Shown here: positions 49,471 to 61,749 of the stretch, piece after piece
Numbering within the stretch: position 1 is the stretch's first letter
Layout of the letters: each line of letters begins with the position of its first letter
Source of the DNA: Basidiobolus meristosporus CBS 931.73
Taxonomy: Eukaryota > Fungi > Basidiobolomycota
DNA: 64,000 nucleotides
Reading direction: 5' to 3'
Assembly: GCA_002104905.1 (NCBI GenBank)
Contig: MCFE01000048.1
Span: 62,001 to 126,000 of the forward strand
Translations under genes and position numbers: made by a program
The notes under the pieces: model-generated
The model's database searches: none
What the model saw: only the letters and a program-made list of their open reading frames with translations
What the model was told of the DNA's origin: nothing

Positions 49471-52400
49471 TGTTGTGGATCAGCATTTAAAACTTGGCCT
49501 ATTTTACTCCGTTAGAAAATCTTGTACCCTAACTGATTTTCCCTAACCCAAACATACCTAATCCCAGTTATGGTTTGTTTTAACACTTCTCAGAATCTAT
49601 TTTTAGTTGTCACACCTTATCACTTTCATGTGATCATTACATCCTCAACTGATCTGTTAAGCCTTTCCAAGTGATTAGTCATCTGCAATCAGTCCAATCA
49701 CTTGGCAGTTGCCAAGATATCAGCTGATTAATGATGTAATTTCTCATTTATCTTATGCACCTAGGAACACGCCAACAGATTTCAATTAGTCCAGTCTTGT
49801 GGTGCTTACTAATTCAACTTGATCAGAAAAATATAAATAAAGATCACTGAACCTTTTGGTTTAGTGTGTGCCTCAACAAAGCTAAGATTGTACCTCAGCA
49901 AAATCAAGAATTCAACAATTCTGTTCCAGTTTCTGCTCAAGCCTAGCATATCTAGCATTCCCATGAACACCTAGCATAGCATGTATATCATACCAACACT
50001 GTTGCCTTTATACCACAGCTCAACTATATACAAAACCAATATTAGACCAGAACTTCTCTGCTAATATTTCAGTCATCCTTGACAATTCCAAGATTCTGTG
50101 CTTAGTTGTCACCTAAGTTCAGTTAGCTCATTCAAGATTTTTATTACACTTTTCTCTTGGATACAACATTTTTTTGTTGAATTCCATAACATTTGACTGC
50201 GTTACAATAAGTCCTCAGCAGCAAGCAATCCAAATCTTTCCATGTTGGAAGATGCCTGCAGAAATCAGGAAGAAATTACTGAACAGCTTGAAAACATCAT
50301 GCATGAAAGAAACACTTTGATGCTTGGGCACTCAAAGCTTGCCAAGACAAGATCTGACAATCATTGTAGAGATGAACTTCTTGAAGTTATTTCTGGTTAC
50401 CAAGATGATATTGGAATTATCAAAAAAGCCTTGGAGAATGTTGCATTGTAATTGACAGCATTGAAAATTTACCAAGGCTTGCTCTGCATCAGGCACCAAG
50501 AAGTCTTGCCTTTGAATCCTTCAGATCTACCTGTCCCTCTAGACCTGCCCTGGTGGTTGTCCCAGGATCCCTGCCCCTTTATGCTGAAGGAGCCAATGAC
50601 ATAAGGAATACTACTGAGTTTCTTTACAAGTTTGGTCATGTCTTAGCTGCACACCAGCAAGACCCTGACACCAATTGGGCTAGACCTCTGCCGTTGTGTC
50701 TCACCATGCAAGATGCTGACTTGGTTGAAGTGAACATTCCTTCCAATAGTACATGGAAAGTTGCCCAGAACCTCTTTTGCAGCCATTTTGAAGATCCCCT
50801 CAAGAAAGCGCATTTAAACTGCAACTTATAGAAAACTAAAATGCAAAAAGGTGAATCTGTGCAACACTTCTGTGATAGATTCCAGGGATATATGAGACTA
50901 GCTGGAGTTAGTGATGACAATCCACTGCTTACTTCTCATTTTCTTTCAAACTTCTCATGGCAGCTACAGAGCAACATTGCTAATGTCAAAGCATTCAACC
51001 CTGTGCAGGATTTTGACAAAATCTTAGAGATATGTACAATTGCAATCACCATGACCGCGGCTGTTAGCCAGGTTTTAGGCATCTCCACTTAAGATGCAGT
51101 AACAACCGGAAAAGATAGTAGCAATGCAACCAAGAAGAAGTCAACTGCTACAAAGCATTGTGAGCTTCACGGAAGATGCTATCATGCTACCAGTGAATGC
51201 AAAGGCATCACAAAGCAGTCAAACAAGTCATGAAACATGTCAGAGAAGAAGCCATATGTAAAACTAATAATCCATATGCTGATGATCAATGCTTGAAATG
51301 TGGAAAGATTGGACATAGATCAACTGCTTGTCCTGAGAAGATCTCTGTACCATTGGGAAAGATTACTCAGATCCTAGATGAAAATTCAGCCAATGAAATG
51401 ACAGGGTATGAGAAAGCATATAAAGAGCTGATTGTTCAAGATTATGACAACCTTGTTGAAATTCTGGCTAAAATTGCAACTGTTAAAGAAAAGAAGCAAC
51501 CAATTGCACGGCCAAAAGCTATAGAGGTGCCACTCCAACTCAACGGCCAATCATATGTTGCACTACTGGATACTGGAGCATCCAACACTATTGTATCACC
51601 TAATGTAGTCAAAAAACTCAAATTGAAAATAGAAAAGCAACCATGAAAAAGCATACTTGCAGCTAAGGACCTGTCAGCCCCAAGAATTGGTATCACCAAC
51701 CCAATCAGCATACATTGTGGTTCAATGACAATAATCCATCAAATGGAAGTTATTAGGCTTGTTCTGTTGGATAGTGCCACAATGAGCCATGAGTGCTAAA
51801 TGATGCCATAGTGTGCCAGAGGGGCTAAGTGATTCTATACTTGGTCACAGAGTGTGAAACATAGCTCTGCATCCTCATCCAAAGCAGTCCCTGTGTTTCA
51901 CCTATGATGCAGGAGAAAATCCATTTTTTGACGTTTTTTTGTGAATCAATGTTGTGCAGGATGTGTAAGAGCACATATAAGTGCTTTATATAGGTTTTAC
52001 TTTAGGGCTAATATTTAAATATAGTGCCACACAGTACCAGTGGACCAAGATAGTGCCATGCATATTTGTGACATGGTACAAGCCACAGGAGCTAGATTCA
52101 GAGTGCCATGGGTATTGAGTACCAGATGCATATTTTTAATCCTTTTGTACTTTTATACATCCTTCACAACATTGATCTAAAAAAAATGTCAAAAAATAAA
52201 TTTTCTCCAACACAATGGGTGAAAAACAGGGGCTACTTTGCATGAAGATGCAGAACTATGCTTCACACTCTGTGGTTAAGTATAGGTTCACTTGGCCTCC
52301 CTGGCACAGTATGGCATCATTTGGCACTCATGGCTCAGTGTGGCACTATCCAATGGAACAAGTCTATTGACATTCCAGATGGACCTCAGGTAGTCATTGG

Positions 52401-53426
52401 TCTAGACATCTTCACCAAACATGACTTTTGCATTGGTGGACTACCAGTTTCATATCCTGGAATCACTAAGTCTCAGCCACCCAGAATGGATCAGATTCTG
52501 GAGATTATATCTCTGCATCTGGAAGCAGAGGAGTCAACCCCAACTTTTGAACAATATTCCCAGTCAGTCAAGTTGGAAATTCAGCCAGCCATTGAAAGAA
52601 ACCAAGCCATTTCCAGGAACAGCTTCTGCACTATCCCAGAATCCATTGTTACGCTAGAAACCCCACCTGGTGAGTCAACATGAAGGAGGCAATACCCAAT
52701 TTCACATTCCTGTCAACACTTAACAATGGAATTATCACTTAAGCCCCTGTCAACACAACATTCAACAGCCCTTTGATAATTGCACCCAAGAAGGATGCAA
52801 TGGAAATCTAACTCTGAAGAGACCCTGTTTGGACCCCAGACCTCTGAACAAACTTCTTCAAGGTGATAATTTTTGAATTCCATGAATCCAGTATATCTTT
52901 TCCTCACTATCAGGTGCAATAGTATTCTCAAAATTGGACTTGAAGGGTGCATATCACCAATTTCAGATCTATCCTGATCATCAGCATAAGACTGCCTTTA
53001 CCTGGAATGCTATGCAATGGATGTTTCAGGGAGCTCCCTTTGGCCTAAAGTCACTTACCAGCAAGTTCAAGAGAGTCATAACTATAATACTCAAGAATGC
53101 ACCATATGCCTTAGTATTTGTTGATGATGTCATCATATTTTCAACAAACTGTGATGATTATGTAACTCATGTCATTGATGTCATCAATAGACTCACAGCC
53201 ACTGGACTGGTACTTAATGCTGAAAAGTGCAGTTTTGCTTGCCTCAAAATCAATCTGCTTGGATTCATAGCCACACCAGATGGCCACCAAATTGACCCTT
53301 TCAAACTGGTCAATATTCCTGGATTGGCAAAGCCTACTAGTTCTAAGCAACTCTAACATTATCTTGGGGTATTCAACTACTTCAGGGAACACATACCTCT
53401 CATGTCCACTTTGAGTGCCCCTTGGG
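49471..53426 (+). mobile_element. Ty3/Gypsy family D 5' part: LTR 49471-50168, gag, zinc knuckle, protease, RT; cut by CACTA C4
   Basis: CLKCGKIGHRSTAC knuckle, ALLDTGAS protease, MDLKGAYHQ...APFGL...VFVDD RT. May be the same lineage as the integrase at 1-8790 (inference). Confidence 0.88.
51755..52365. mobile_element. Fold-back PHIS MITE (internally deleted) in the Gypsy-D protease region
   Basis: TSD ATT/ATT; removal restores MEVIDIPDGPQVVIGLD. Confidence 0.9.
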
Positions 53427-56400
53427 CCTTATGAACAATAATTTGGTCCCACAGGTGGATCCAATCCATATCATCTGTCAAGATCCCATTTAAAGACCGT
53501 CATAATAACAGCAGCTTGAAATTAGTGACCCTCCTGACAATCTTATAACAAGATCATGGCAGTGCTTTACAATTTTTACAGCCAAATAAAGGGATAAAAC
53601 TTGACAATTTTTAATTGGTATTGTGACAATATTTGCATGGTATAGTTGCGGTCTTTCAGCACTTTATTACTATTTTAAGTGGATCTGGTTGGCCAGGACT
53701 TCCAATTGCTTTATATGGCAAGAAACTTGACAGTTTTTTGATGGCCTCACAGCATAACTCTGATGGCATTTTTTGGCAGTATGACAGCCTACAGCTAGTT
53801 CTGTATAATGCTACTGTACCAACTTACCAAATGGTATTTCCTTTTTCTACCTCCCCTTGTGCAATTCATATATTCCACTATAGAATCACCTTTCCGTATT
53901 TGCTCACCCACTACTACCTTGGGTATTCCACATATAGTTTGAATCAAAAAAAACTATGGCCTTCTGCTTACTAACCTCTACAAACGCACACACCCGCCAC
54001 AATTGACGTACTTCTATCACCTCAACTTTATGGCTTTTTAGTGTGATACTTGCAAAGTTGCCATATACCTTGTACTGCTGGTAGCATATAAATCTTTCAA
54101 ACATATGCTTGGCTGTTGCCACTGCTGCCATGAATACCTCCTGAATATTGGCAAAGAACTTCTTGGTATTTAGCCAATATATTCCTTCTCTTTGCTGGAT
54201 TCAAGTCCCCCCTATAGGTGCACTCTGGCTTTTATTTGTGTGAGTTCCATATCAAATAGTGTAGAAGTTGGCTTGTGACCACCAGAAATCTGGCATATCC
54301 TGGTGGAGTTTTCCTGATAAAAATTAGTTGCTTGTTGTACCCAACCCAACTTTGCATTACTTAACTAATTACCCACACATTGAGGCTGCTTAGCTTCTTA
54401 ATGCCATAGGCATAGGTGTCTCCATGCGCACATTTGTCCTCAGTATTTCCCAGCTCTTTCTGGTTGTACTCCATGCACCAACTCATCACATCCATGACAG
54501 ACTAGAAGGTAATGTTGTTGATGAGATTGGGATATAGTGGTACCTGCAACTTGACTCATGTTCCTATCTCCCCACACATCTGCTCCATAGAAAACTCCCA
54601 AGAAGTGAAGCAAGGCCTGATATGCTCCACACACTGTGCAAGATGGAGTAGAGAATGGATACAGTAGTGGCAGAGATCTACATGTTCAGCTTTATGTTTG
54701 TAGTATAGCTGCTCAAATCCCATCACAAACTACTCACACAATAGCTGTAGATGCGTCAAGTTGGCATTAGTGATCTGCCTCTGGATAAATATTCCTACAA
54801 TGTCCACATATGACTCCCAATGCTTTCCATGTACTCTTGGTAGGAATGGCTTCAGAACACCACTTGAAGAAATACATATGCAGTTCATCCAGTCTTTGCA
54901 TTTGTATTGTTGCATATGCATATGAATATTAATTGGAGCCCGTGAGAAGTACTTGGGGTAGCAGATACTCAGTAATAGCTTGCCAATTTTTTCAAATATC
55001 TTGGGTATCTTGAAGGGCTGATTTAGCTTGAAATGCCTCATGTACAACTTGGTCATCAGTATAGGGATATTGTTGAAAAGCAAATGCATTGCTCCCAGTG
55101 GAAAGCTTTTGCTCCAACAGATACCCTCTATCTTAGGTATCTCCGGTTTCCAGCTGATTCCATATTCCAGCCAATGGCTTACAGCTTGCCAACTTTGCTG
55201 CAATTGCATGCTTACTTCTGTATATTCTCTCTGTGGAGAGATGAAGTTCTTAGTGCTGGTATTTGGGTAATAGTAGTGTGTGTGAGTTATGGAGTGAATC
55301 CCCTGGATCTCACACATTCAAAAGCAATACCATCCATTGTGCCTAGAAAACCTGCTATCTTGCTGATGGCTGGGGTATCTCAAATGCAGATGATAATATG
55401 CGCTTTTATATGACAGCCATTTACCATTATCCTGCTGGAAAGCATACAAAACTCATCCAGCAATGAATACAGGTAGCCATCCAGGTTGTATTGTGATTTA
55501 GGCCCAGATACCAGTGAGACCACCATCAGATTACTGCTCTGATACCTTATAATGGGTGGCAGATTCAGATTGATGATAATCAGTGGCCAGCAGAATTTGC
55601 TGGTAGAGTACTTGTTTAATGAGAATCCATCAAGTGCTAAAGCAAAGGCATGGTCATACATACCTTCAAAGTAGCCCTTGCTTCTTAGCTGTTTGTAATG
55701 TTTGCCATTAAATATACCAGATATGTTTGTGCTTGATTGATACTGATTGCAGTACTGTATAGCTTTGCAATATTTGTTGGACTGCATCAGCTTCCTCAGA
55801 CAGGGTATGACCGGAATGTATCCAGAGTGTGAACAATGTTTTCCCTCAATGGTGGTGGATTCCTGACAATTTGGACATGTTGCAATGGTAGCATTTTTGG
55901 ATATGAATGCCATGCAACCATTAACACATGCTGGAATCAGGACAGTCTCTGGATCATATGTTGCCAGCTACTTGAGGGTTGTCCACTTGTACCATGTACA
56001 TGGTAAGTTGCATCCCGGGATGATTTTGGCAAGAAGTAGCAATATATCCTCCAAGCCCCCATTAATGATATTACTGGAAATGCACCACTTCTCTAGCCAC
56101 AACATTAAATCATTCACCAGTAGATGGATTACTGGGCTCACTTGGCTCCATAAACTATCCATGGCATTTGTTTCAACAGGTGTTGTCGCATTGCCTATAG
56201 TGATTTGACCAGGCTCATACATGGCACTGTTGTTAGGGGAGATAGGCTCAAAATCCATCAGTGAACCTTCTTTGTCAGAGCTATCACTCTACATGCCATA
56301 TTCAGAAGGCTGAGGTGAGCCTAAAGGTGTCACAAACTCACCTGACTCAGTTTGTGCAAGGTGACAAAGACAGCCAGGTGCCAATATAGAAGTATCAGCT

Positions 56401-58173
56401 GGCTGGGAAAATAATGTTGGTACAGTAGTGACCAATGAATGGTCAAATATGACTTGGGCGGCAAAACACTGGCCATGATCCTTGTAACACTTCCTATGCT
56501 GTCTGCATGCATCATGGCTGAGAGGCTTACCACAATAGCCACATGGTCTTTTTTCTCTTCTCTTACAGCATTGAGTCAAAGTAGTCATGTCCATGGGGCA
56601 AACAGTTTTACCTTCAACAATGTAATGCTATTATATCACTTTTTGGGCAATACTCATGTGAACTTAAGACAGTCTTATATTTGAGACATTGCACCTCATG
56701 AGTGTAAGATTCAATGATGACCCATCATAGTAAGCATTATAAATAAAGCTGTTGCACCACATACACATGTATATGTAACACTATTTCTCCTTTGGTTTAA
56801 CTCACTTCCATATATATGCCACCAAAAAATAAAGCAAAGTTGTCTAGTTCTCAACTAAACCCCACCACTGACGGTGTGGTAGGGTAAACATACCTCCCAC
56901 AGACAAGTTTATTCATATAGTTGTTATGATATATTTATCCATATTTTATCTTATCAGTATTATCCCATTCTTCTTTTGCCCATATTATCACTATTATCCC
57001 CATATGATGTTTACCCTGATTAGTTATTAGCATTAGTTATCCCAGATGTTATTCAGCTTTGTGATCAGTATATGTATCTACATAAGGCAAGTACCCTTGT
57101 CAGTACCCATAACACATGACCTAGGTCTGCGTTACCATCCCTATCATTTCAATACCATATATGGTATTTCTATGTTGCACAGGTTTCAGACTACTGAATC
57201 TTGATTGGTTGAATGTGCTGTGCCTTTTAGAACCTTCCAGGACATTCTTGGTATATTTTTAGCTCATAGTGATGTCATCAAGAATTCCACTGATACCTAG
57301 AATCTTCTAGAACCTTGTCATTAGTAATCACTTGGCAATCAGGAAAAGTATTTAATGGAAAGCAATCACTCATCAATAATTCATCCCTTCTATCAGTAAC
57401 ACATCTACTTTATTAATTAGCAGTTGATCACTGCACCTGCCTTCAACAGTACATCTCAGACCTGCCATCAAGGAGCTTTTCAGTGTAGTGCACAAGACAC
57501 ACAGAGGCCTTTGGAGACACTTGGAGCACCTAGGAAGCTAGAGAAGCAGGAGCTTTTACCATAGTGACATATTGGCAAAGATACCAGCAGTTTAGACACA
57601 GAGGTTATTGCACCCATCAGACACTGCACACACCTTGAGTTGTGTAGCTTCTCCCAGGAGTACCTCTGCACCACCACAACAGCAACAGAAGAATGGTTAG
57701 ACAGCAGCTTGCTTTGACATTCAGTGCAACAAGCAGGGCTACACTAAAAAAGGCCCTGCAGACAGTGTGCCCATTGAAGGTAATAATGCAGACTCCTAAG
57801 GCTCTCAGTCAAGTAGGCAATTGAGAACATCTGCAGAGCCACAAGCTGACTGTTATGCTTGGGCAGATGAGAATGTAGCAAATGCAGTACCCTTAGTTGA
57901 AGATCAGCAAGTGGCCATGATAACATCACCACTACGCATATTAGCATGTATGTTGTAAGCTGGCTGAGTGGATAATACATGTAGAGCAATCAATATCCCA
58001 GGTAGAGAAAGCAGTATCTTTGCTGAAAAGAAGGAACTCAAGTAGCCCAATGTCATAGCCAAGAATTGAGCCATTTCCCAATGTAACAGCAGAGGAACAT
58101 TGTACAGTCTTTGAAGCATAACAACAGTGCCCAAAGATAAAGCCCACAGAAAAAGCTATCACAGTGTGGGAGG
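53427..58173 (-). mobile_element. CACTA copy C4, truncated within the accessory ORF
   Basis: Starts CCTTATGAACAATAATTTGGTCC; transposase pieces 54440-56594 (-). Confidence 0.85.
56875..57678 (+). mobile_element. Solo LTR, family B (804 bp)
   Basis: Matches 60872-61675; TSD ACGG/ACAG. Confidence 0.9.
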
Positions 58174-58364
58174 TGTCATGATCACATGATATCCCTGGTC
58201 TCTGGTTATCTAGCCAAATCAAGTCAGTGAAGAAATCGCAGTTCCGTTTAGAAAGTTCAATTACATTCTAGCAACTTGTTGAAAGCTCCAAGTCAATGTT
58301 ACACAATGGAACATTCTATGGAAGCTCCCTATTAGAGTTTATGTAGTCCTATGCCATATATAGT
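58174..58364 (+). mobile_element. LTR-E 5' portion, interrupted by PHIS P2
   Basis: Reverse-complement match to 47865-48059. Confidence 0.75.
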
Positions 58365-58547
58365 AGACTTGTTCTGTGGGATAGTGCCACATAGTGCCAG
58401 CCTGTTTATGGTGCTGGATTGATCTGGCACTCTACAGCACTGTCTGGCACTATAATTTCCACCATGATGCCAGTGGTATGATACAGTTACTGGTAATTTT
58501 TCTCAATCTTACTTATGTTGCTCAGAATAGTGCTTTCCTTGCTTTAT

Positions 58548-59489
58548 TTACTCTTCATAATGCTCCAGACACATTTCTCTCAGTGGATGTCTTCTTGTAT
58601 GAACATACTGTGCATTAATAAGTATCTTAACTATTTTACCTATTCTACTGTTTTCTCCTATATATGACTTTCCTCTGTATTTACCTGCCAATATGCTGAA
58701 TCTCTTCAGAAATCCAAATGTGTGCTCTACCCTCACTCTGAAATGATTAAATATCTCATTGTAGAGCTTCTGCTTCCTGCTAAGCACACCATTCCTTGGC
58801 TTCCTATAAGCTGTAATACATCCTAATCTCTGACAATCCTCTCCTATATAGGCTAAGTCTGCCATACATTTCTCCCCTCTACTGAATTCAGGATGATTCT
58901 CTACCCAGGGTGCTTGGTCATGCCTACTTCCAGCAAATGGCCCACTAAACCAGATGATGTTACCCTCAATGTCAGACAGTGCTTGAAACTTCACACAGTG
59001 TGCCTTGTACTTGCCAGAATAAAAGTGCCTCTGCCCTCTAGAAGGTCTGTTAATCCTCACTGAGAAGGTATCCAAAATACTCCTGATATGGAACCTGTTG
59101 CTGAGCACTCTGGTATATGGAAGTCTATTGGAGCTTCTGAACCTAGTATTCCAAGCTTGCACTAAGTCATTCATACCCTCTGCAAGGTGGTTCTCCATTG
59201 CTGTCAGCTGGGAATGAAAGCTTCTAGGTCTTTTGTTGCCATGGATGGTGGGATGAAACCTTGTGGGGCTATAGTTCTTGTAATAGCAGAGAAGCTTGAC
59301 AAGGGGTCTCCTTGAGTAGATTGGGGTTGATAGTCCACAGAACTTGGAATAGATCTCCTCTAGTGTGTCAAAAGGAAATCCAGTGGTAGTGATGGGATTG
59401 ATGAGAAAAGACCATTCAGATGAGTAAGTCATATTAAAATTGGTGAAGGATTGTATAAAGGCGGTTTGAATCAATTTGGCGTGATCCAC
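58548..59489 (-). CDS. DDE transposase (DDE_Tnp_4; Harbinger/ISL2EU/IS5-like), 313 aa open frame
   Basis: ILDTF (D1), YSGKYKAHCVKFQ, GPFAGSRHD, MADLAY (D2), RVRVEHTFG (E); triad intact. An upstream exon cannot be excluded. Confidence 0.85.
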   Translation of the reverse strand: MDHAKLIQTAFIQSFTNFNMTYSSEWSFLINPITTTGFPFDTLEEIYSKFCGLSTPIYSRRPLVKLLCYYKNYSPTRFHPTIHGNKRPRSFHSQLTAMENHLAEGMNDLVQAWNTRFRSSNRLPYTRVLSNRFHIRSILDTFSVRINRPSRGQRHFYSGKYKAHCVKFQALSDIEGNIIWFSGPFAGSRHDQAPWVENHPEFSRGEKCMADLAYIGEDCQRLGCITAYRKPRNGVLSRKQKLYNEIFNHFRVRVEHTFGFLKRFSILAGKYRGKSYIGENSRIGKIVKILINAQYVHTRRHPLREMCLEHYEE

Positions 59490-59791
59490 GTCATTTATCT
59501 GATTTTTAATACATTATGGTTAAATCTCCATCAATTGCCATGTATCCCATCATTATGTTGCAAAAATCATCCACAAACAATGCCTTGGTACTTTTATTGA
59601 TGCTTTAATCATAGGTTCATAATCAAATAGGAAATCTGCAATTGATGTGATCTGATCTGTGTTAATGCAATCCAAGATGCATCATGCATAATATATGGAA
59701 AATTCAACAATCACATTAGTTTTCATATATATTTCATATAAGACCAGGTTGATGCCTATATACTGCTGTATAAGTATCCAAATCTGTTGCT

Positions 59792-60418
59792 ATGGTCCCC
59801 ATACCAAGCCTCAACTCATCTTTAGTACAACCCAGACAAAACCCATCCCCCAGCTCACAAGCGCAGTCTGGTCCGGAAAAGTTGATGTTACATCCGTTTG
59901 AGTTCTTGCCAACTGATTTTAGTATGGCCCAAGTGTCTATGAAGAGCCTTCATACAGATATTTGGGCACTACTGATTAATCTAGCAGAACTAGATACCTC
60001 AGAGAGTCAACAAAGATGGAAGAATTTGAGTAGAAAGCTGTGGCATGAGTTCTACATCAAGATGCCAGCTGATGAATGTAAAAAGATATATAACAAGACA
60101 AGTATTGAAATTAAGAATGAGCTGAGAGTGAGGGGATTTGATGAAGAAGCCACGCAGGAGCAATTTTGCGCGCAATTTGCACAGTATGGGCTGGATGTGT
60201 CCGTTTGTGCCTCAACTTTGGGAACCAAAGAGATTTTCAACAAGTTTTTGCCTCAAATGACTAATGTACTACATGATATATTAGTAGAGCTAAGTGGCTT
60301 CCGAGAGCAATATACACAGGACTCATCCAGGCAACAGCTTCAAAGTATCAGACAGAGGGTAAGTGAATACCTTGAGGAATCAGATGGTGAGCTTCAGGAG
60401 AAAGAATACAGACAGTGA
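59792..60418 (+). CDS. PHIS ORF2, putative Myb/SANT/trihelix-like DNA-binding partner; ends at a probable CGA>TGA stop
   Basis: IWALLINLAE...RWKNLSRKLW...CKKIYNK helical motif. Homolog P1 reads through this position (EYRLQATLSRLRQHALL). Start uncertain. Confidence 0.55.
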   Translation: MVPIPSLNSSLVQPRQNPSPSSQAQSGPEKLMLHPFEFLPTDFSMAQVSMKSLHTDIWALLINLAELDTSESQQRWKNLSRKLWHEFYIKMPADECKKIYNKTSIEIKNELRVRGFDEEATQEQFCAQFAQYGLDVSVCASTLGTKEIFNKFLPQMTNVLHDILVELSGFREQYTQDSSRQQLQSIRQRVSEYLEESDGELQEKEYRQ

Positions 60419-61679
60419 GCAACATCATCCAGATTGCGCCAGCACGCCTTGCTGGATTCCCTACCATCTCTTGCAACCACAGCACGCAAGCACACATCAG
60501 TCCAGAGTACGCCAACACCCTTTACCAGAATGCCCCGCATTGAGTCAACGCGTGTCGGGTCAATGTGCGCGCTTCAGAGCAAAACTACAAGAACTCGCCA
60601 AACTGCTCATTTAGACACAAGTCCATTGGAGCGGACTGAGTCGCGTCAACTTGCAGCATCACATTGAACTCAGCTAAGGGCCATCTTAACGCATCAAGGC
60701 GTGCTTGTGCGTGCCGTTTTGCCTGACCATCAGCAAGTTACTTCTGGTGAACTGACTGATGATGACCAACATGAAGTGCCTCAACCACCAGAGCCCTTGG
60801 CAAGTAAAAGAATGCGTCAGCGCGTGGCACTACAGGCCAGTTCAGTTGGTTCAGTCAGAGCAATTCAGCGTTGTGGTAGGGTAAACATACCTCCCACAGA
60901 CAAGTTTATTCATATAGTCATTATGACATACTTATCCATATTTTATCTTATCAGTATTATCCCATTCTTCTTTTGCCCATATTATCAGTACTATCCCCAT
61001 GTGATGTTTACCCTGATTAGTTATTAGCATTAGTTATCCCAGATGTTATTCAGCTTTGTGATCAGTAGATGTATCTATATAAGGCAAGTACCCGCGTCAG
61101 TACCCATGACACATGACCTAGGTCTGTGTTACCATCCCTACCATTTCAATACCATATATGGTATTTCTATGTTGCACAGGTTTCAGACTACTGATTCCTG
61201 ATTGGTTGAGAGTGCTGTGCCTTTTAGAACCTTCCAGGACATTCTTGGCATATTTTTAGCTCATAGTGATGTCATCAAGAATTCCACTGATACCTAGAAT
61301 CTTCTAGAACCTTTACATTAGTAATCACTTGGCAATCAGGAAAAGTATTTAAGGGAAAGCAATCCCTCATCAATAAATCATCCCTTCTATCAGTAACACT
61401 TCTACCTTATTGATTAGCAGTTGATCACTGCACCTGCCTTCAACAGTACATCTAAGACCTGCCATCAAGGAGCTTTTCAGGGTAGTGCACAAGACACACA
61501 GAGGCCTTTGGAGACACTTGGAGCACCTAGGGAGCTAAAGAAGCAGGAGCTTTTACCATAGTGACATATTGACAAAGACACCAGCAGTTTAGACACAGAG
61601 GTCATTGCACCCATCAGACACCTCACACACCTTGAGTTGTGTAGCTTCTCCCAGGAGTACCTCTACACCACCACATATT

Positions 61680-61696
61680 TGGCACCCAATGTGGGG
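61680..61696 (+). promoter_or_regulatory. PBS, tRNA-Lys(CUU)-type
   Basis: TGGCACCCAATGTGGGG versus the known Lys1,2 PBS TGGCGCCCAACGTGGGG; both differences are CpG transitions. Confidence 0.75.
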
Positions 61697-61749
61697 GGTT
61701 TGACTGAACTGCCCCTAGAAGACTTAAGAAAGAACAAATTATCAAGACC

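Larger units (their letters stand above)
58365..60871 (-). mobile_element. PHIS autonomous-type copy P2; the other end lies beyond the nested LTR element
   Basis: TIR AGACTTGTTCTG preceded by AGT; transposase on the minus strand and divergent ORF2 on the plus strand. Confidence 0.88.

Noticed and set aside
52258-52683. Novel chimeric ORF
   Set aside because: It is a chance read-through from a MITE arm into the interrupted Gypsy-D pol frame.
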